From an uncultured Spirosoma sp. (GTDB lineage: Bacteria > Bacteroidota > Bacteroidia > Cytophagales > Spirosomataceae), in assembly GCA_964244155.1 (NCBI GenBank), contig CAXTJJ010000001.1:1-62394 (forward strand): DNA of 62,394 nt, given 5' to 3'. The notes under the pieces are model-generated. The model was not told the DNA's origin. It did not search any database and worked only from the letters and a program-made list of their open reading frames with translations. A program made the translations under genes and the position numbers. This document shows positions 10,537 through 21,084 of the stretch, piece after piece. Each line of letters begins with the position of its first letter. Positions within the stretch are counted from its first letter, which is position 1.

Positions 10537-12921
10537 TTAGAGCGTGGTTATCTGCTCTTTGCCAACAGCCTCCTCCGAAAACTCAAGTCGTACCTCAACC
10601 CCTTTATCGTCATTCTGCCGAATTTGCAGGCTTCCTCCAATCTGCTTGCTCAATCCATGCATCAGACTCATGCCCAGTGTCTGGCTCATCTGCGGGTTGA
10701 AGTCGGCGGGAAGGCCCGTACCGTCATCGCTTATAGCTAATAGATAGTGATTTTTCTGTGCCGTCAGGTTGACGCAGATGATTCCCGGTTTACCATCCCT
10801 GAAAGCGTACTTTAAGGAATTGGTCACTGCTTCGTTCAAAATCAATCCCAGCGGAACCGCCAGTGTCACGTCCAGTTCGAGCGGCATGACGTTGATCCGT
10901 TTACGAATGGTACCTTCCCGGTCGAAGGACTTGATCAGATAATCGACAATCTCGCCTATGTAACCTGCCATGGGGATAGCCGCCAGCCGGTCGGACTGAT
11001 AGAGCTTCTGGTGAATCAGGGCCATAGCATGGACCCGGTTCTGACTTTCCCGAATGGCCGACTGGGCGGCTTCGTCTTTCAGAAATATTCCCTGAGAATG
11101 GAGTAGGCTAGTGATGATCTGGAGGTTATTTTTGACCCGGTGGTGGATTTCCTTAAGCATCCACTCTTTCTCGGTCAGTAGTTGTTGCTGTTCAGACAGG
11201 AGGGTTTCCAATGTCTGGTTTTTCCGGTTTATCTCATGTTGTTTGATTTCCAGGAGATGGTTACTGCGTCGTTTGAGCCGATACCGGTTATAACTCAAAG
11301 CCAGCAAACAAAGCAACAGGATCGACCCACCCAGAATACCATTACGGACAATTCGGGCCTGTTTCAGCTCCCCTTCCTGAACGGTTTTCTGTTTCTGCAG
11401 AAGCACTATATTTTGCCTGTTCTTTTGGGTCTCATACTGGACTTCCAGCTGATCGAACTGATTGTTTTTCGTTTCATTGAAGATGGAATCATTCAACGAT
11501 TTATGAACTCGAAAATGAGCGATCGCCGATTTGTAATCGCCCAAGGCGGAGTCGATTTTGAACAGCATGAAGTGAATGTCCTTCAGCAGGGAAAGCGAGT
11601 TCTTTTTTGTCGAATCAACCAAGAGCGGTCTTACATAAAAATTGCCCTTTTTAAACTGATTACGTTCCACATAAAACCGACCAACTTCCAGTTGGGCCTT
11701 ACGCGACATTTCGAAATCGTGGTTGGCCTTTATGTACCACCTCATGGCTTCCAGGTAGTATTTTTCGGCTAGTTTATCCTCTTTAAGGGCATCGTAACTA
11801 TAGGCGAAACTCTGCGCTACCGACCCCTTCTGTATGAAATTTATCGTTGGTATCTGAGTGGCCAGATCGTTGATCAATTTAAGCGCTTGCTGTGGTTTAT
11901 GCTGGTTAATTAAATCCCGGACAATGATATTAGCCGCACTGTACATGCCAAAATTTGGTAACCCTTCCTGCCGCCATTTAGCCAGCGTCTTTCTATACCA
12001 TTCGTTGCTCTGCCGGTACCGCCCCAGTTCAAAATACATCTGGGCCAGGTTACCGTAAAAACTGGCCGCCGATACCGTATCACCCGTCCGGTTCATGCTT
12101 TCGATGCATTGCAGGGAGTAGAAAAGGCTTTTGTTGAAATCGCCCTTCAGTCGGCTAATGGTCGATAGCCAGTTGTAGGTGTAATGAAGTTTGGGATAGC
12201 CAATCGCTTTATAGCGCTTCAGGATTGCTTGAAACTCCCTCTCGGCCATGTCCAGTTGCCCCAAATTTGTATGCAACCCCGCGATTTCATGTAGGATCAG
12301 CAACTCCTGTTTCTCATTATGAAGCGACCGGTAGATGGCGATGGCCTGGTTATAATTGTCGAAGATCTCAGGATACTTCTTGGTCGTAAACGAAATACAA
12401 AAGCCCAGACGAAAGCGGGCGTTGGCTTCGGATGCCCGGTCACCCGTTCGTCGGCAGTCGGCGATCAACTGGTCAAACAGCGCATAGGCCTCTTTGCTAT
12501 TGGCTCCCTCCAAGTAATTCGCCACGCGTACCGCATCTATTTCGTGCTGCCATGTCAGCAGATGCAACGAATCGCTCAGTTGCTTCGCCTGGTTCAAATA
12601 GGAGAGGCTTCTCGTCAGATCTTCGGGAACATTACCCGGTTTAAAAAGCTGGTACTTGCCCAGTTCGAACAGGATTCTTACCCGGCCGGTATCTGCCTTG
12701 CTTTTGGTCAACTGAGCCAGAAGCTGGTTCGCCATCTGCCGGTTTATGTTTTGTCCGTGGGCGGGTAGATCGCTCGTGAACAAACCAAAAAACAGACAGA
12801 CGGTTAGCCAGGCAAACCTGGAAGGCCATTGAAGGATTGACAGGGTTGATCGTGCCGAGCCGGTCGGCCTTACTCTTGACTGAAGAAACAGGAAAATGGT
12901 AACTGACTCCATCATGATCAA
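10537..12921 (-). CDS. TPR-sensor histidine kinase, HisKA_2 type
   Basis: Same architecture; KEIHHRVKNNLQ, NEAVTNSLKYAF, DDGTG. Confidence 0.92.
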   Translation of the reverse strand: MIMMESVTIFLFLQSRVRPTGSARSTLSILQWPSRFAWLTVCLFFGLFTSDLPAHGQNINRQMANQLLAQLTKSKADTGRVRILFELGKYQLFKPGNVPEDLTRSLSYLNQAKQLSDSLHLLTWQHEIDAVRVANYLEGANSKEAYALFDQLIADCRRTGDRASEANARFRLGFCISFTTKKYPEIFDNYNQAIAIYRSLHNEKQELLILHEIAGLHTNLGQLDMAEREFQAILKRYKAIGYPKLHYTYNWLSTISRLKGDFNKSLFYSLQCIESMNRTGDTVSAASFYGNLAQMYFELGRYRQSNEWYRKTLAKWRQEGLPNFGMYSAANIIVRDLINQHKPQQALKLINDLATQIPTINFIQKGSVAQSFAYSYDALKEDKLAEKYYLEAMRWYIKANHDFEMSRKAQLEVGRFYVERNQFKKGNFYVRPLLVDSTKKNSLSLLKDIHFMLFKIDSALGDYKSAIAHFRVHKSLNDSIFNETKNNQFDQLEVQYETQKNRQNIVLLQKQKTVQEGELKQARIVRNGILGGSILLLCLLALSYNRYRLKRRSNHLLEIKQHEINRKNQTLETLLSEQQQLLTEKEWMLKEIHHRVKNNLQIITSLLHSQGIFLKDEAAQSAIRESQNRVHAMALIHQKLYQSDRLAAIPMAGYIGEIVDYLIKSFDREGTIRKRINVMPLELDVTLAVPLGLILNEAVTNSLKYAFRDGKPGIICVNLTAQKNHYLLAISDDGTGLPADFNPQMSQTLGMSLMHGLSKQIGGSLQIRQNDDKGVEVRLEFSEEAVGKEQITTL

Positions 12922-13226
12922 TTAAGCTACAATACGTTTAAAATGTCAGCGGTTGCCTGGACCGCTGACTTCTTTAAACGCTTCATGTCCACCCTGCAAA
13001 AATGGCACCGGGTTTAGATGCCTTCATTCACATCAAACGGCCTTGGCTAGTTGTAGGCCAGATACGGCTAACTCTAAAAAAATTGGAGTTATCGGGTGGA
13101 TGTAGCCATGGTTTTGGAGATTTTATTACGTTTCAATTGGTCTATCAGCCAGACATTTATAAAGAAAAGGTCGATCTGGGCTTTGCGTTGGCCATTTTCT
13201 ATTACCCAGAGCCAATTGCCGTTACG

Positions 13227-13241
13227 TGGCACAGGAGTTGA
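13227..13241 (+). promoter_or_regulatory. sigma54 promoter candidate
   Basis: TGGCAC-AGGAG-TTGA, 49 bp before ATG 13290; enhancer-like sites at 13073-13087 and 13104-13118. Confidence 0.65.
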
Positions 13242-13289
13242 CCTGCTTTAGGTAGAAATCAGTTTGTCGTTCACCTAAATCCAATCGCC

Positions 13290-13763
13290 ATGAAACTCTT
13301 CGTTACCTTCCTCCGCTGGCTTGTTGGCCCGTCCATGACGACCCTTATTGAGGAGCTTCACGTTCGTTTGCTCAACGACTGGATTCAGACACCAGCTCCG
13401 GCGTTTATTCATCCCCACTGCATCTGGAAACTGGACGATGGGCATGTTTGCACAGGTAATCACCAGGGGCGCGACTTTTTCGAAAACTACCAGCGCCGAA
13501 TTGATAGCACCTACCCGGAATGGTACGAAGTTGTCAGTGAAGTCATTGGCTCTCCCATTGGCGGTATTGTGATTGGCAAATACCAATTTAAGCGCGAGAA
13601 AAATGGGCTTTGGTACAGCGCACCCTTTACCCATTTCTACCGGATTCAAAAAGGGCAAATCGTCAGCGGGTATTACTACATGGGGGAGGTAAGTACGCAC
13701 TTAAGCCGGTGTCGACCTACGACCTATTTCCCCACTTACGGTGCCTTGCCTTCGCTCAACTAA
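13290..13763 (+). CDS. SnoaL/NTF2-like protein
   Basis: PHCIW...GNHQGRD, VIGKY, APFTHFYRIQKGQIVS pattern typical of SnoaL-like folds. Confidence 0.7.
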   Translation: MKLFVTFLRWLVGPSMTTLIEELHVRLLNDWIQTPAPAFIHPHCIWKLDDGHVCTGNHQGRDFFENYQRRIDSTYPEWYEVVSEVIGSPIGGIVIGKYQFKREKNGLWYSAPFTHFYRIQKGQIVSGYYYMGEVSTHLSRCRPTTYFPTYGALPSLN

Positions 13764-13819
13764 CGCATTGCCTTCGGGTAGAAATTCTACTGGTTGATCA
13801 ACTTTCTCTTTTTTGGTTT

Positions 13820-14398
13820 ATGAATTCGATAGCAAACAATTTCCTTGCCGACATGGACGGTCCGGCACCTACCGTCGAGTTGACTGAGTTTGGTGACTTC
13901 ACCTGCGGCCAGTGCCGCCGGAGCCGGAGCCTACTCACATCGGTGTTAAGCGCCTTCGATGGCCGGGTTCGGTATACCTACCGCCACTTTCCCAATGACC
14001 GGTTTGAAGCATCCAAAATGGCAGCGCTGGCGGCTGAAGCCGCGCGCCGACAAGATCAATTCTGGCCTATGCATCAGGCGTTATTTACCATGCCAACCGT
14101 TACCCGGACAACACTTTCTGTGCTTGCCATTAGTCTGGGGTTGCAATACCATCAGTTTCTAACCGATCTGAATGATGAAGACCTGCATCATCGGATTGAA
14201 GCCGACCGACGCGAAGGACACCAGCTCGGCGTACTGACGACGCCTACGCTGTTCGTTGGCGGGCAACGATTTTACGGAAAGATGACGCTGTCCCGTCTGG
14301 CTCCCCTAATCCAGTCTCACTTAAGTCGCCATACGCAACCCGTGCTCAGCAAAGTGGATGTTGTCAGGGGTATGATTTATTGGGGGCGAGGAGAATAA
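13820..14398 (+). CDS. DsbA/thioredoxin-fold oxidoreductase
   Basis: EFGDFTCGQC (CxxC), YRHFP, GVLTTPTLFV cis-Pro loop; start reassigned to ATG 13820. Confidence 0.88.
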   Translation: MNSIANNFLADMDGPAPTVELTEFGDFTCGQCRRSRSLLTSVLSAFDGRVRYTYRHFPNDRFEASKMAALAAEAARRQDQFWPMHQALFTMPTVTRTTLSVLAISLGLQYHQFLTDLNDEDLHHRIEADRREGHQLGVLTTPTLFVGGQRFYGKMTLSRLAPLIQSHLSRHTQPVLSKVDVVRGMIYWGRGE

Positions 14399-14446
14399 TC
14401 GTGAGCGAATTTATTACGGTTCGACACGATGGTCACCATAAGTTCT

Positions 14447-16513
14447 TCAATCAGGATCAGTCGAGGGGGGATTGGGATCAATGTAAACGGTTTTACGAAT
14501 GCCCAGTTTATCCATCCGATATTCCAGCGTTGTTGGTTTCAGATTGAGTGCTTCAGCCGCGCCATTGCTGCCCCGAATGCGGCCATTGGTGCGCTTGAGC
14601 ACGGCCAGAATATACTCCCGTTCGGTTTGTAGCTGTATCTGTTTTATGTCGTTCAGGTCTTTAGGAGGGGAAATAGTAGGCTGCTCAGGATCACGAGTTG
14701 TGTTCTCCGGGGCCAAGGTAGGCCTGCTGGCCATGAAGAGATTGCTTACCAGAGGCCGACCTAATTCGAGGGGTGTTTGTCCGTCGTTAAGAATCACCGC
14801 CTGCTCCATGACGTTTTCCAGTTCCCGAATGTTACCCGGCCAGGCGTAGTTGACCAGTTCGTCAAGTACCTGAGGATTGATACCCCGAAAGGGTTTCCCC
14901 ATTTTCCGGGCTGATTTCTGAGCGAAGAAATTAGCCAGTAGAGGAATATCCCCAGTTCGTTCGCGCAGGGCCGGTAACGTAATAGGGAAGGTTGCGAGCC
15001 GGAAATAAAGATCCATCCGGAAACGTCCTTCGGCTACTTCTTTTTCCAGACTACGGTTCGTAGCGGCAATAATACGCACATCGGTTTTTATGGGCGTTTT
15101 GCCGCCGATTCGCTCGATCTCTTTTTCCTGCAATACCCGCAAAAGCTTAGCCTGTAACTCCAGCGGCAACTCCCCGATTTCATCCAGGAAAATAGTCCCC
15201 TCCTGAGCCAGTTCAAACTTGCCGATCCGTTTTTCAAAAGCCCCCGTGAAAGCCCCTTTCTCGTGGCCGAACAGCTCCGACTCGATGAGTGTGGCAGGCA
15301 GCGCAGCACAGTTTATTTTGACCAAGATCTTGCCATTTCGGGGAGAGAGGTTATGAATGGCCCTGGCAATCAGCTCTTTGCCTGTGCCGCTTTCCCCCAG
15401 AATCAACACCGTTGTATCGGTATGGGCAACCTGGTTTACCTGATCGAAAACTTGCAGTAAGGACTGGCTTCGGCCAGTGATTTCTTCGAAATTGGCGGTT
15501 GTTTTCACCTCTTCCTGAAGATAATTCTTTTCGCGCTGGAGCTGTTCACTGAGCCGGGCTACCTCCTCAAAAGCCAGTACACGCTCCAGCATTAGGACAA
15601 TTGGCTGTTCTAACCGCTCTAACAGAGTCAGGTGCGACGAACGGTACACATCGGGCTTGCGGCTCAGAAACAGGATCGCGAACGAATTGTTGCCGTTCAT
15701 TCGTAACGGCATGACCAGCCCTGACTGGAGCCGAAACGACTTTGCCAGAACCTGCCCATAGCGATGAGTTTGACAAAAATCGTCGAAGCTCTCTTCATTG
15801 TAGCGAACTGGTTCCCCAAAGCGCATTCCCGTTTGCATCGCCAGCAGTTGGTCCGCCGGAATACCCGTCATTGGTTGCAGATCGTTCAGGGTCAAGGTTT
15901 TATATTCATCAAATCCGATCTGATAAAAATTATAACTCTGATTAACCCCGTTCTTCTGGTACTGAATTGTCAGAAAGTCGAACGGTATATAGGGTTGCAG
16001 TAGTCTGGCAGCGCTCAGTAGTTTCTGCTCCCAGCTTTCCGATGTAGACAAGGCGTCGGTCAGGCCAATTTGCAGGGCTTTTTCCTCCCGTAGTCTCATC
16101 TCAACACTGTGCGCGTGACGGTATCGGCTGATTTCCAGCGTTGTCAATATATCTTTTTCCCGAAATGGCTTCACAATGTAGCCGCTGGGCTGCGTCGCTT
16201 TTACCTGCTCCAGTACACTTTTGTTGTCATTCGCCGAGATGTAGATGAATGGAATGCCTTTGTCCTCCAATTGTTTAGCTAGGTCGATGCCGGTTTCTTT
16301 TCCTTTCAGATAAATGTCGAGCAACACCATATCGGGCCTATGCTGGGCAATAAGTGTCAGAGCCTCAGTTACTGAATCCGCTACCCCCAGGACGGGATAT
16401 CCGGCAACGCGCAGAATCAACCTCAGGTCATTGGCGATGATGTATTCATCTTCCACGATCAATATCTGACAGGTGGAAGTGGAGGAAAGAGGAGGCTTGA
16501 GGTGTTGCTGCAT
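14447..16513 (-). CDS. sigma54-dependent enhancer-binding response regulator (REC, GAF-like, AAA+, HTH)
   Basis: ILIVEDE...LLDIYL receiver; GESGTGKE, ESELFGHEKGAFTGA, FLDEIGE, WPGNIRELEN; C-terminal HTH. Confidence 0.95.
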   Translation of the reverse strand: MQQHLKPPLSSTSTCQILIVEDEYIIANDLRLILRVAGYPVLGVADSVTEALTLIAQHRPDMVLLDIYLKGKETGIDLAKQLEDKGIPFIYISANDNKSVLEQVKATQPSGYIVKPFREKDILTTLEISRYRHAHSVEMRLREEKALQIGLTDALSTSESWEQKLLSAARLLQPYIPFDFLTIQYQKNGVNQSYNFYQIGFDEYKTLTLNDLQPMTGIPADQLLAMQTGMRFGEPVRYNEESFDDFCQTHRYGQVLAKSFRLQSGLVMPLRMNGNNSFAILFLSRKPDVYRSSHLTLLERLEQPIVLMLERVLAFEEVARLSEQLQREKNYLQEEVKTTANFEEITGRSQSLLQVFDQVNQVAHTDTTVLILGESGTGKELIARAIHNLSPRNGKILVKINCAALPATLIESELFGHEKGAFTGAFEKRIGKFELAQEGTIFLDEIGELPLELQAKLLRVLQEKEIERIGGKTPIKTDVRIIAATNRSLEKEVAEGRFRMDLYFRLATFPITLPALRERTGDIPLLANFFAQKSARKMGKPFRGINPQVLDELVNYAWPGNIRELENVMEQAVILNDGQTPLELGRPLVSNLFMASRPTLAPENTTRDPEQPTISPPKDLNDIKQIQLQTEREYILAVLKRTNGRIRGSNGAAEALNLKPTTLEYRMDKLGIRKTVYIDPNPPSTDPD

Positions 16514-16566
16514 AGCTTGATAACATCCGGAAAGGGTTAAATTCGGACTGCCTGTATACTGACCCT

Positions 16567-16581
16567 ACAAGAATTGCGCCC
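16567..16581 (-). promoter_or_regulatory. possible sigma54 promoter of the bEBP gene (autoregulation)
   Basis: Minus strand GGGCGC-AATTC-TTGT; enhancer-like CCCAGATTTACTGGA at 16774-16788. Confidence 0.4.
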
Positions 16582-17139
16582 GTAGCAGGGTAATAAGTAA
16601 AGGTAATCCGTTAATCTGCGGGTAGTTGTTCTTTATTATCTAACTGCCCAAAGCCCAGTAAGTATGGTAGAGAATATAATTTTTCTGATTAAAAATTTAA
16701 TTTACCTATGTGTGTTGGTCGGCGCTCAATTCAGTATCCAGCCTAAGAAAACTACAGACAAGTTGTGGAAAAACCCAGATTTACTGGAGTTCTCCAATTT
16801 ACAATGACGCTATCAGTAGCTATAAGAGGGAAAGCTGATGAAGGCCGTAAATGATGCCAATAGGCCTTTCTCCGATCCTGCCTAATCACGTTTGGCTTTC
16901 GGCCTGTGGTTAACCCCAATAAAAATGGAGTAGTCCACTAAAAGTCAGAGTTTTTTGGATGTTTATGCAGTTAGCGATCTTTTTTATCTAGGTAGAAATA
17001 GCCTTTTTTCGACTGATAAGGGCTGTTTATGAAATTCCTGATCGAAAAAGAATACTGGCACAAAAGCAGATAGAGAAGCTAAAGAGCTGGAATTTCAACG
17101 GATTTCATCCAGCTCCTGACAGACCAAAACTGTAAACTC

Positions 17140-17838
17140 ATGGCTACTCTATTTATAACCGGTGCTTCTGGCGGGTTGGGCCAGGTCGTTACCCAAACCC
17201 TGCTGAACGAAGGACATCTTGTTATCGCTACACGTCAGTACAGCGACAACCCACAAACCCTTATTCATGGCTTCTCAGACCTGCTGTTTACATACGAAAC
17301 AGATCTGTCCGACGAAGTTCAGGTTCAAACGTTGATACAACGGGTTATTCATAATCATGGCCCTATCGACGCAGCTATTCTCTTAGCGGGCGGGTATGAG
17401 GGTGGTTCGCTGGTGGAGACGACTGGCGACCTGCTGGAGCGTATGCTGACGCTGAATGTCAAAACGGCTTATTACGTGGTCCAGTCCCTGTTTGACCACA
17501 TGAGCCACCAGCCCAATGGCGGGCGTTTCGTACTCATCGGTGCCCGGCAAGCCCTGAACGCCCAATTCGGTCGGCAAGCGGTGGCGTATACGTTATCCAA
17601 GTCACTGCTATTTGAATTGTCGAACCTGATCAATGCTTCGGGTAAGGAACACGATATTATTTCTACAGTGATTGCCCCCAGTGTCATCGATACCGCAGCA
17701 AACCGTCGGGCGATGCCGGATGCCGATTTTACGGCCTGGGTTGACCCACAAACACTGGCAGACACCATCGCTTTTGTGCTGTTTGGTGCGGGCCGCGCCC
17801 TGCGGGAACCCGTCCTTGAGGTGTACAATCGAGCCTGA
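17140..17838 (+). CDS. short-chain dehydrogenase/reductase
   Basis: TGASGGLG, YTLSK, PSVIDT. Confidence 0.9.
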   Translation: MATLFITGASGGLGQVVTQTLLNEGHLVIATRQYSDNPQTLIHGFSDLLFTYETDLSDEVQVQTLIQRVIHNHGPIDAAILLAGGYEGGSLVETTGDLLERMLTLNVKTAYYVVQSLFDHMSHQPNGGRFVLIGARQALNAQFGRQAVAYTLSKSLLFELSNLINASGKEHDIISTVIAPSVIDTAANRRAMPDADFTAWVDPQTLADTIAFVLFGAGRALREPVLEVYNRA

Positions 17839-17879
17839 TCGCGGGCTGGCAACTAATTCACTCGTAAATTAATTTACTC

Positions 17880-19199
17880 ATGGAGGTCAACATTCCCGAT
17901 TCCAGTTTACCCCGCGTTGTCATTGTTGGTAGTGGGTTTGGCGGTATACAGCTGGCGAAATCCCTGAAAGGAAAAGCGTTTGAGGTCGTCTTGCTCGACA
18001 AGAATAATTACCACACCTTCCTGCCTTTGCTTTATCAGGTAGCCACGGCTGGGCTGGAACCGGACGCCATTGCCGAGCCCGTTCGTGAAATCTTCAGTGG
18101 GCAACCCCATTTCCATTACCGAATGGCGGAGGTTCTTCGTATTGATCCGCAGCAAAATGAACTGACTACTTCCATTGGTACGCTGCACTATGATTTCCTC
18201 GTGCTGGCCTGTGGTTCACAGGCTAATTTTTACCAAAATGCAGAGTTAGCACGTCATGCCCTACCCATGAAGACGATGCGAAATGCCCTGGCCTTACGGA
18301 GCCGCCTGCTGGAAAACTGCGAGCGAGCCCTGGAGTTAACCGATAAACAGCACCAACTCGAACAGTTGAACATCATCATTGCCGGGGGGGGGCCAACGGG
18401 CGTTGAACTGGCCGGTGCCATTGCCGAACTGCGCGATGTAGTCCTGACGAAAGACTACCCCGAGCTGCCCCTAAAACACATGAAGATCCACCTGGTCGAA
18501 ACCAACAACCGCTTACTGAAAAGCATGGGAGAAGATTCGTCCCGGAAAGCCCGTCAGTTTCTGAATCGGATGGGCGTAACCGTGCATCTAAATGTTCTGG
18601 TTCAATCCTACGATGGAGCAGTCGTTGCGTTTAATAACGGCGACACCCATGCTGCCAGAACGTTGTTTTGGACGGCCGGGGTCGAAGGCGTGATTATTCC
18701 GGGGTTATCGCCCGTCAGCATTGGGAAAGGGAGTCGATATATTGTCAATGCGTGTAATCAGGTGGCGGGCTATGAGAATGTGTTTGCCATTGGCGATAAT
18801 GCCCTTCAGGCACTTCCTGATTATCCACAGGGCCTTCCGGGCCTGGCCCCACCAGCCATTCAGCAAGGCCAATGGTTGGCTAAGAACTTAGTTTCCATGC
18901 GCCAGGAACAACAGCTTGAACCGTTTCACTACGTCAACAAAGGGGTGATGGCGGTTATTGGTCGAAATCGGGCGGTGGTTGAACTACCTTTCTGGCACAC
19001 GCAGGGCTTTATAGCCTGGCTACTCTGGATGGGCGTACATCTATTGCTGCTGGTGGGTTTCCGAAACAAAGCGTCCACGGTCCTGAACTGGGCGGTCAAT
19101 TATTTCAGCTATAGCCGGGCTTCGCGGTTAATTGCCCGCTTTCAGAATGCACCCGTCGAGGCCGTGACTAGCGTTTCCGGAGCCTCATTACCGCTATAA
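17880..19199 (+). CDS. ndh: type II NADH dehydrogenase
   Basis: GSGFGG, PLLYQVAT, GGGPTGVELAG, AIGD, APPAIQQG; C-terminal membrane-anchoring helices. Confidence 0.9.
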   Translation: MEVNIPDSSLPRVVIVGSGFGGIQLAKSLKGKAFEVVLLDKNNYHTFLPLLYQVATAGLEPDAIAEPVREIFSGQPHFHYRMAEVLRIDPQQNELTTSIGTLHYDFLVLACGSQANFYQNAELARHALPMKTMRNALALRSRLLENCERALELTDKQHQLEQLNIIIAGGGPTGVELAGAIAELRDVVLTKDYPELPLKHMKIHLVETNNRLLKSMGEDSSRKARQFLNRMGVTVHLNVLVQSYDGAVVAFNNGDTHAARTLFWTAGVEGVIIPGLSPVSIGKGSRYIVNACNQVAGYENVFAIGDNALQALPDYPQGLPGLAPPAIQQGQWLAKNLVSMRQEQQLEPFHYVNKGVMAVIGRNRAVVELPFWHTQGFIAWLLWMGVHLLLLVGFRNKASTVLNWAVNYFSYSRASRLIARFQNAPVEAVTSVSGASLPL

Positions 19200-19322
19200 T
19201 GCCAAATGGTTTAGTTGCCGATCATCAAAAAAGCCTTACTCCGTTTATTGTATAGAGTAGTTTAAGAAAATAAGAAGGGCTACCTCTAATTAAGCGGCAC
19301 TTCTTTCGTGGCTGATTCAGTT

Positions 19323-19886
19323 CTATTCATCCACCTGTAGCCGACGAGTCAGGAACAGTAAGGCGATACTTAAGGCCATAAAAAACCAACCCGCAACGTG
19401 TGTAGAATACTCGGCGAGAGGCTGTAGTAAAAGCATAAAGGCGATTCCACCACAAATCAGTACGTTGAGGAGGTGAATAATTGTACCTGAACTATCCCGG
19501 CTTTCACCGGGTGTTTGCAGGCCAATAAATACGTATATGGCCTCTACAGCCTGAATCAGCCCCACCAGTATACCCCAGGCGCCAAATATAAGCGCAATGC
19601 CCTGATTGGGATGGTGGAGATAAAAAAGCAGAGCAAGGCCAGCCAAAATGTCCAGTAAACCAGCTGTCAAATACCAGTTTGGGGCTGTCCCTGATAATCG
19701 GCTAACCTGCCGAAAACGAATGGCCAGCAGCCCGGCGATAATCAGGATTGTACTCGATGAAATAAGGACGAAGGACTGGGAGTCTTCTGCAAAAGCCATC
19801 AGTAGACCAATGCCAGCGAAAAGTCCCGAGCGCAGGTAAAGCAGCCACCAAGATCGCTCTGTTGAAGGAAGGGTTGAAAAAGTCAT
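19323..19886 (-). CDS. HdeD/DUF308-like membrane protein
   Basis: WWLLYLRSGL N-terminus, about 6 hydrophobic helices, GLLDILAG. Confidence 0.7.
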   Translation of the reverse strand: MTFSTLPSTERSWWLLYLRSGLFAGIGLLMAFAEDSQSFVLISSSTILIIAGLLAIRFRQVSRLSGTAPNWYLTAGLLDILAGLALLFYLHHPNQGIALIFGAWGILVGLIQAVEAIYVFIGLQTPGESRDSSGTIIHLLNVLICGGIAFMLLLQPLAEYSTHVAGWFFMALSIALLFLTRRLQVDE

Positions 19887-19948
19887 AGTCAGTTAGATTT
19901 CGAATAGCTATACACCGTCGTATGTCTATCTCTGTCATTCACATACTG

Positions 19949-19963
19949 GCGATTTACATGCCA
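19949..19963 (-). promoter_or_regulatory. sigma54 promoter candidate
   Basis: Minus strand TGGCAT-GTAAA-TCGC (GG-N10-GC); enhancer-like TCCAGACTCTTTGGA at 20060-20074. Confidence 0.65.
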
Positions 19964-20184
19964 CTTCACCGTTCCGGCCGCTTATTCCTTAAACAAGCCT
20001 AAATTGTGCTTCTAGCGGTTTTTTCAATCCATTCTCACCAGTAAGCGCATGTGTATAACTCCAGACTCTTTGGATTTCCTGATGATTACTCCAAAAAAGT
20101 CAACAATTAGTTATATACATTATACGGGATAAGTTTCGGTCTGAAGCATTTTGCTATCCTCATATTTTTTCCTTTAAGGGGAGT

Positions 20185-20514
20185 TTTCTTTTATCCATCC
20201 CCGCACGACTGAATACGATTGGTCAGGCATTCAAAGCGTCAATACGATACGATGTTCGATCAACTAATTGCAAAATGAGAACTTCATGGCTCAAAAGGGA
20301 AAATCTTTACGTTGATGTAGCCTTGTTGACCTTTAAGTTGGATTATGATGCCACCATTAAGGCAGATAGTAGCCCTGTTCAGATTAAAGTCCGGGAAACT
20401 CTGAAATGGCATAAAATCAACAACCACTGTAAACTGGTTCAAAACCACTTCTCAGGTATGCCTGTCAACGGAGCGAAGCATGGATTCAAATCAATTACCC
20501 TGTTTGGCTTTTGA
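20185..20514 (+). pseudogene. degraded NTF2/SnoaL-like gene remnant
   Basis: Upstream FIHPR fragment and downstream ...RETLKW...KLVQNHFSGMPVNGAKHGF resemble an NTF2-family C-terminus; no intact start. Boundaries approximate. Confidence 0.4.
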
Positions 20515-21084
20515 GTAATATATGAATAGTGACTTGTAATCACGATTTTGCTCATTCTCTTTTAACGCGGGTATTATGCTCAGCCGGATCTGACCGGCTT
20601 GTCGAAGAGCCACTAATTGACCGATAGCCAGGTTCCTCGGTAGAAATCCAGGCCATACACATACAATAAAGCCCACTTCTGGTTGGAATAAGGGCCTTTG
20701 CATTCAATAAAATCAAGACAGGTATTCACCATGACAAGGGGGAAAGTAAAACGTATTGGCCTATCAAGGTAGGTGTATTTTACGGATTGACGACTAGGTA
20801 CTTTAGGAAGAACCGTAGACTAATGATCAGATGGGACTACGAAAATAAGAGTCCGGTTGATCAAGCTTAGTCGAGGAAGTATGCCACTAACAGAGCCGTC
20901 GTGACCGATATGCCGTGGTCCGGCGCTTTGGTGCGGGACCATTGGACAGATTGTAAAATTCAATGCTCCCTGTACCCTTCGATCTGAGACATAAAAACGT
21001 TAATTCATGTAAGTAGCCAACCGGTACGTAGTCAGCTAAAATGGTATGTGAATGTAACTTCTATTGATTAATTTGTATAAACTA

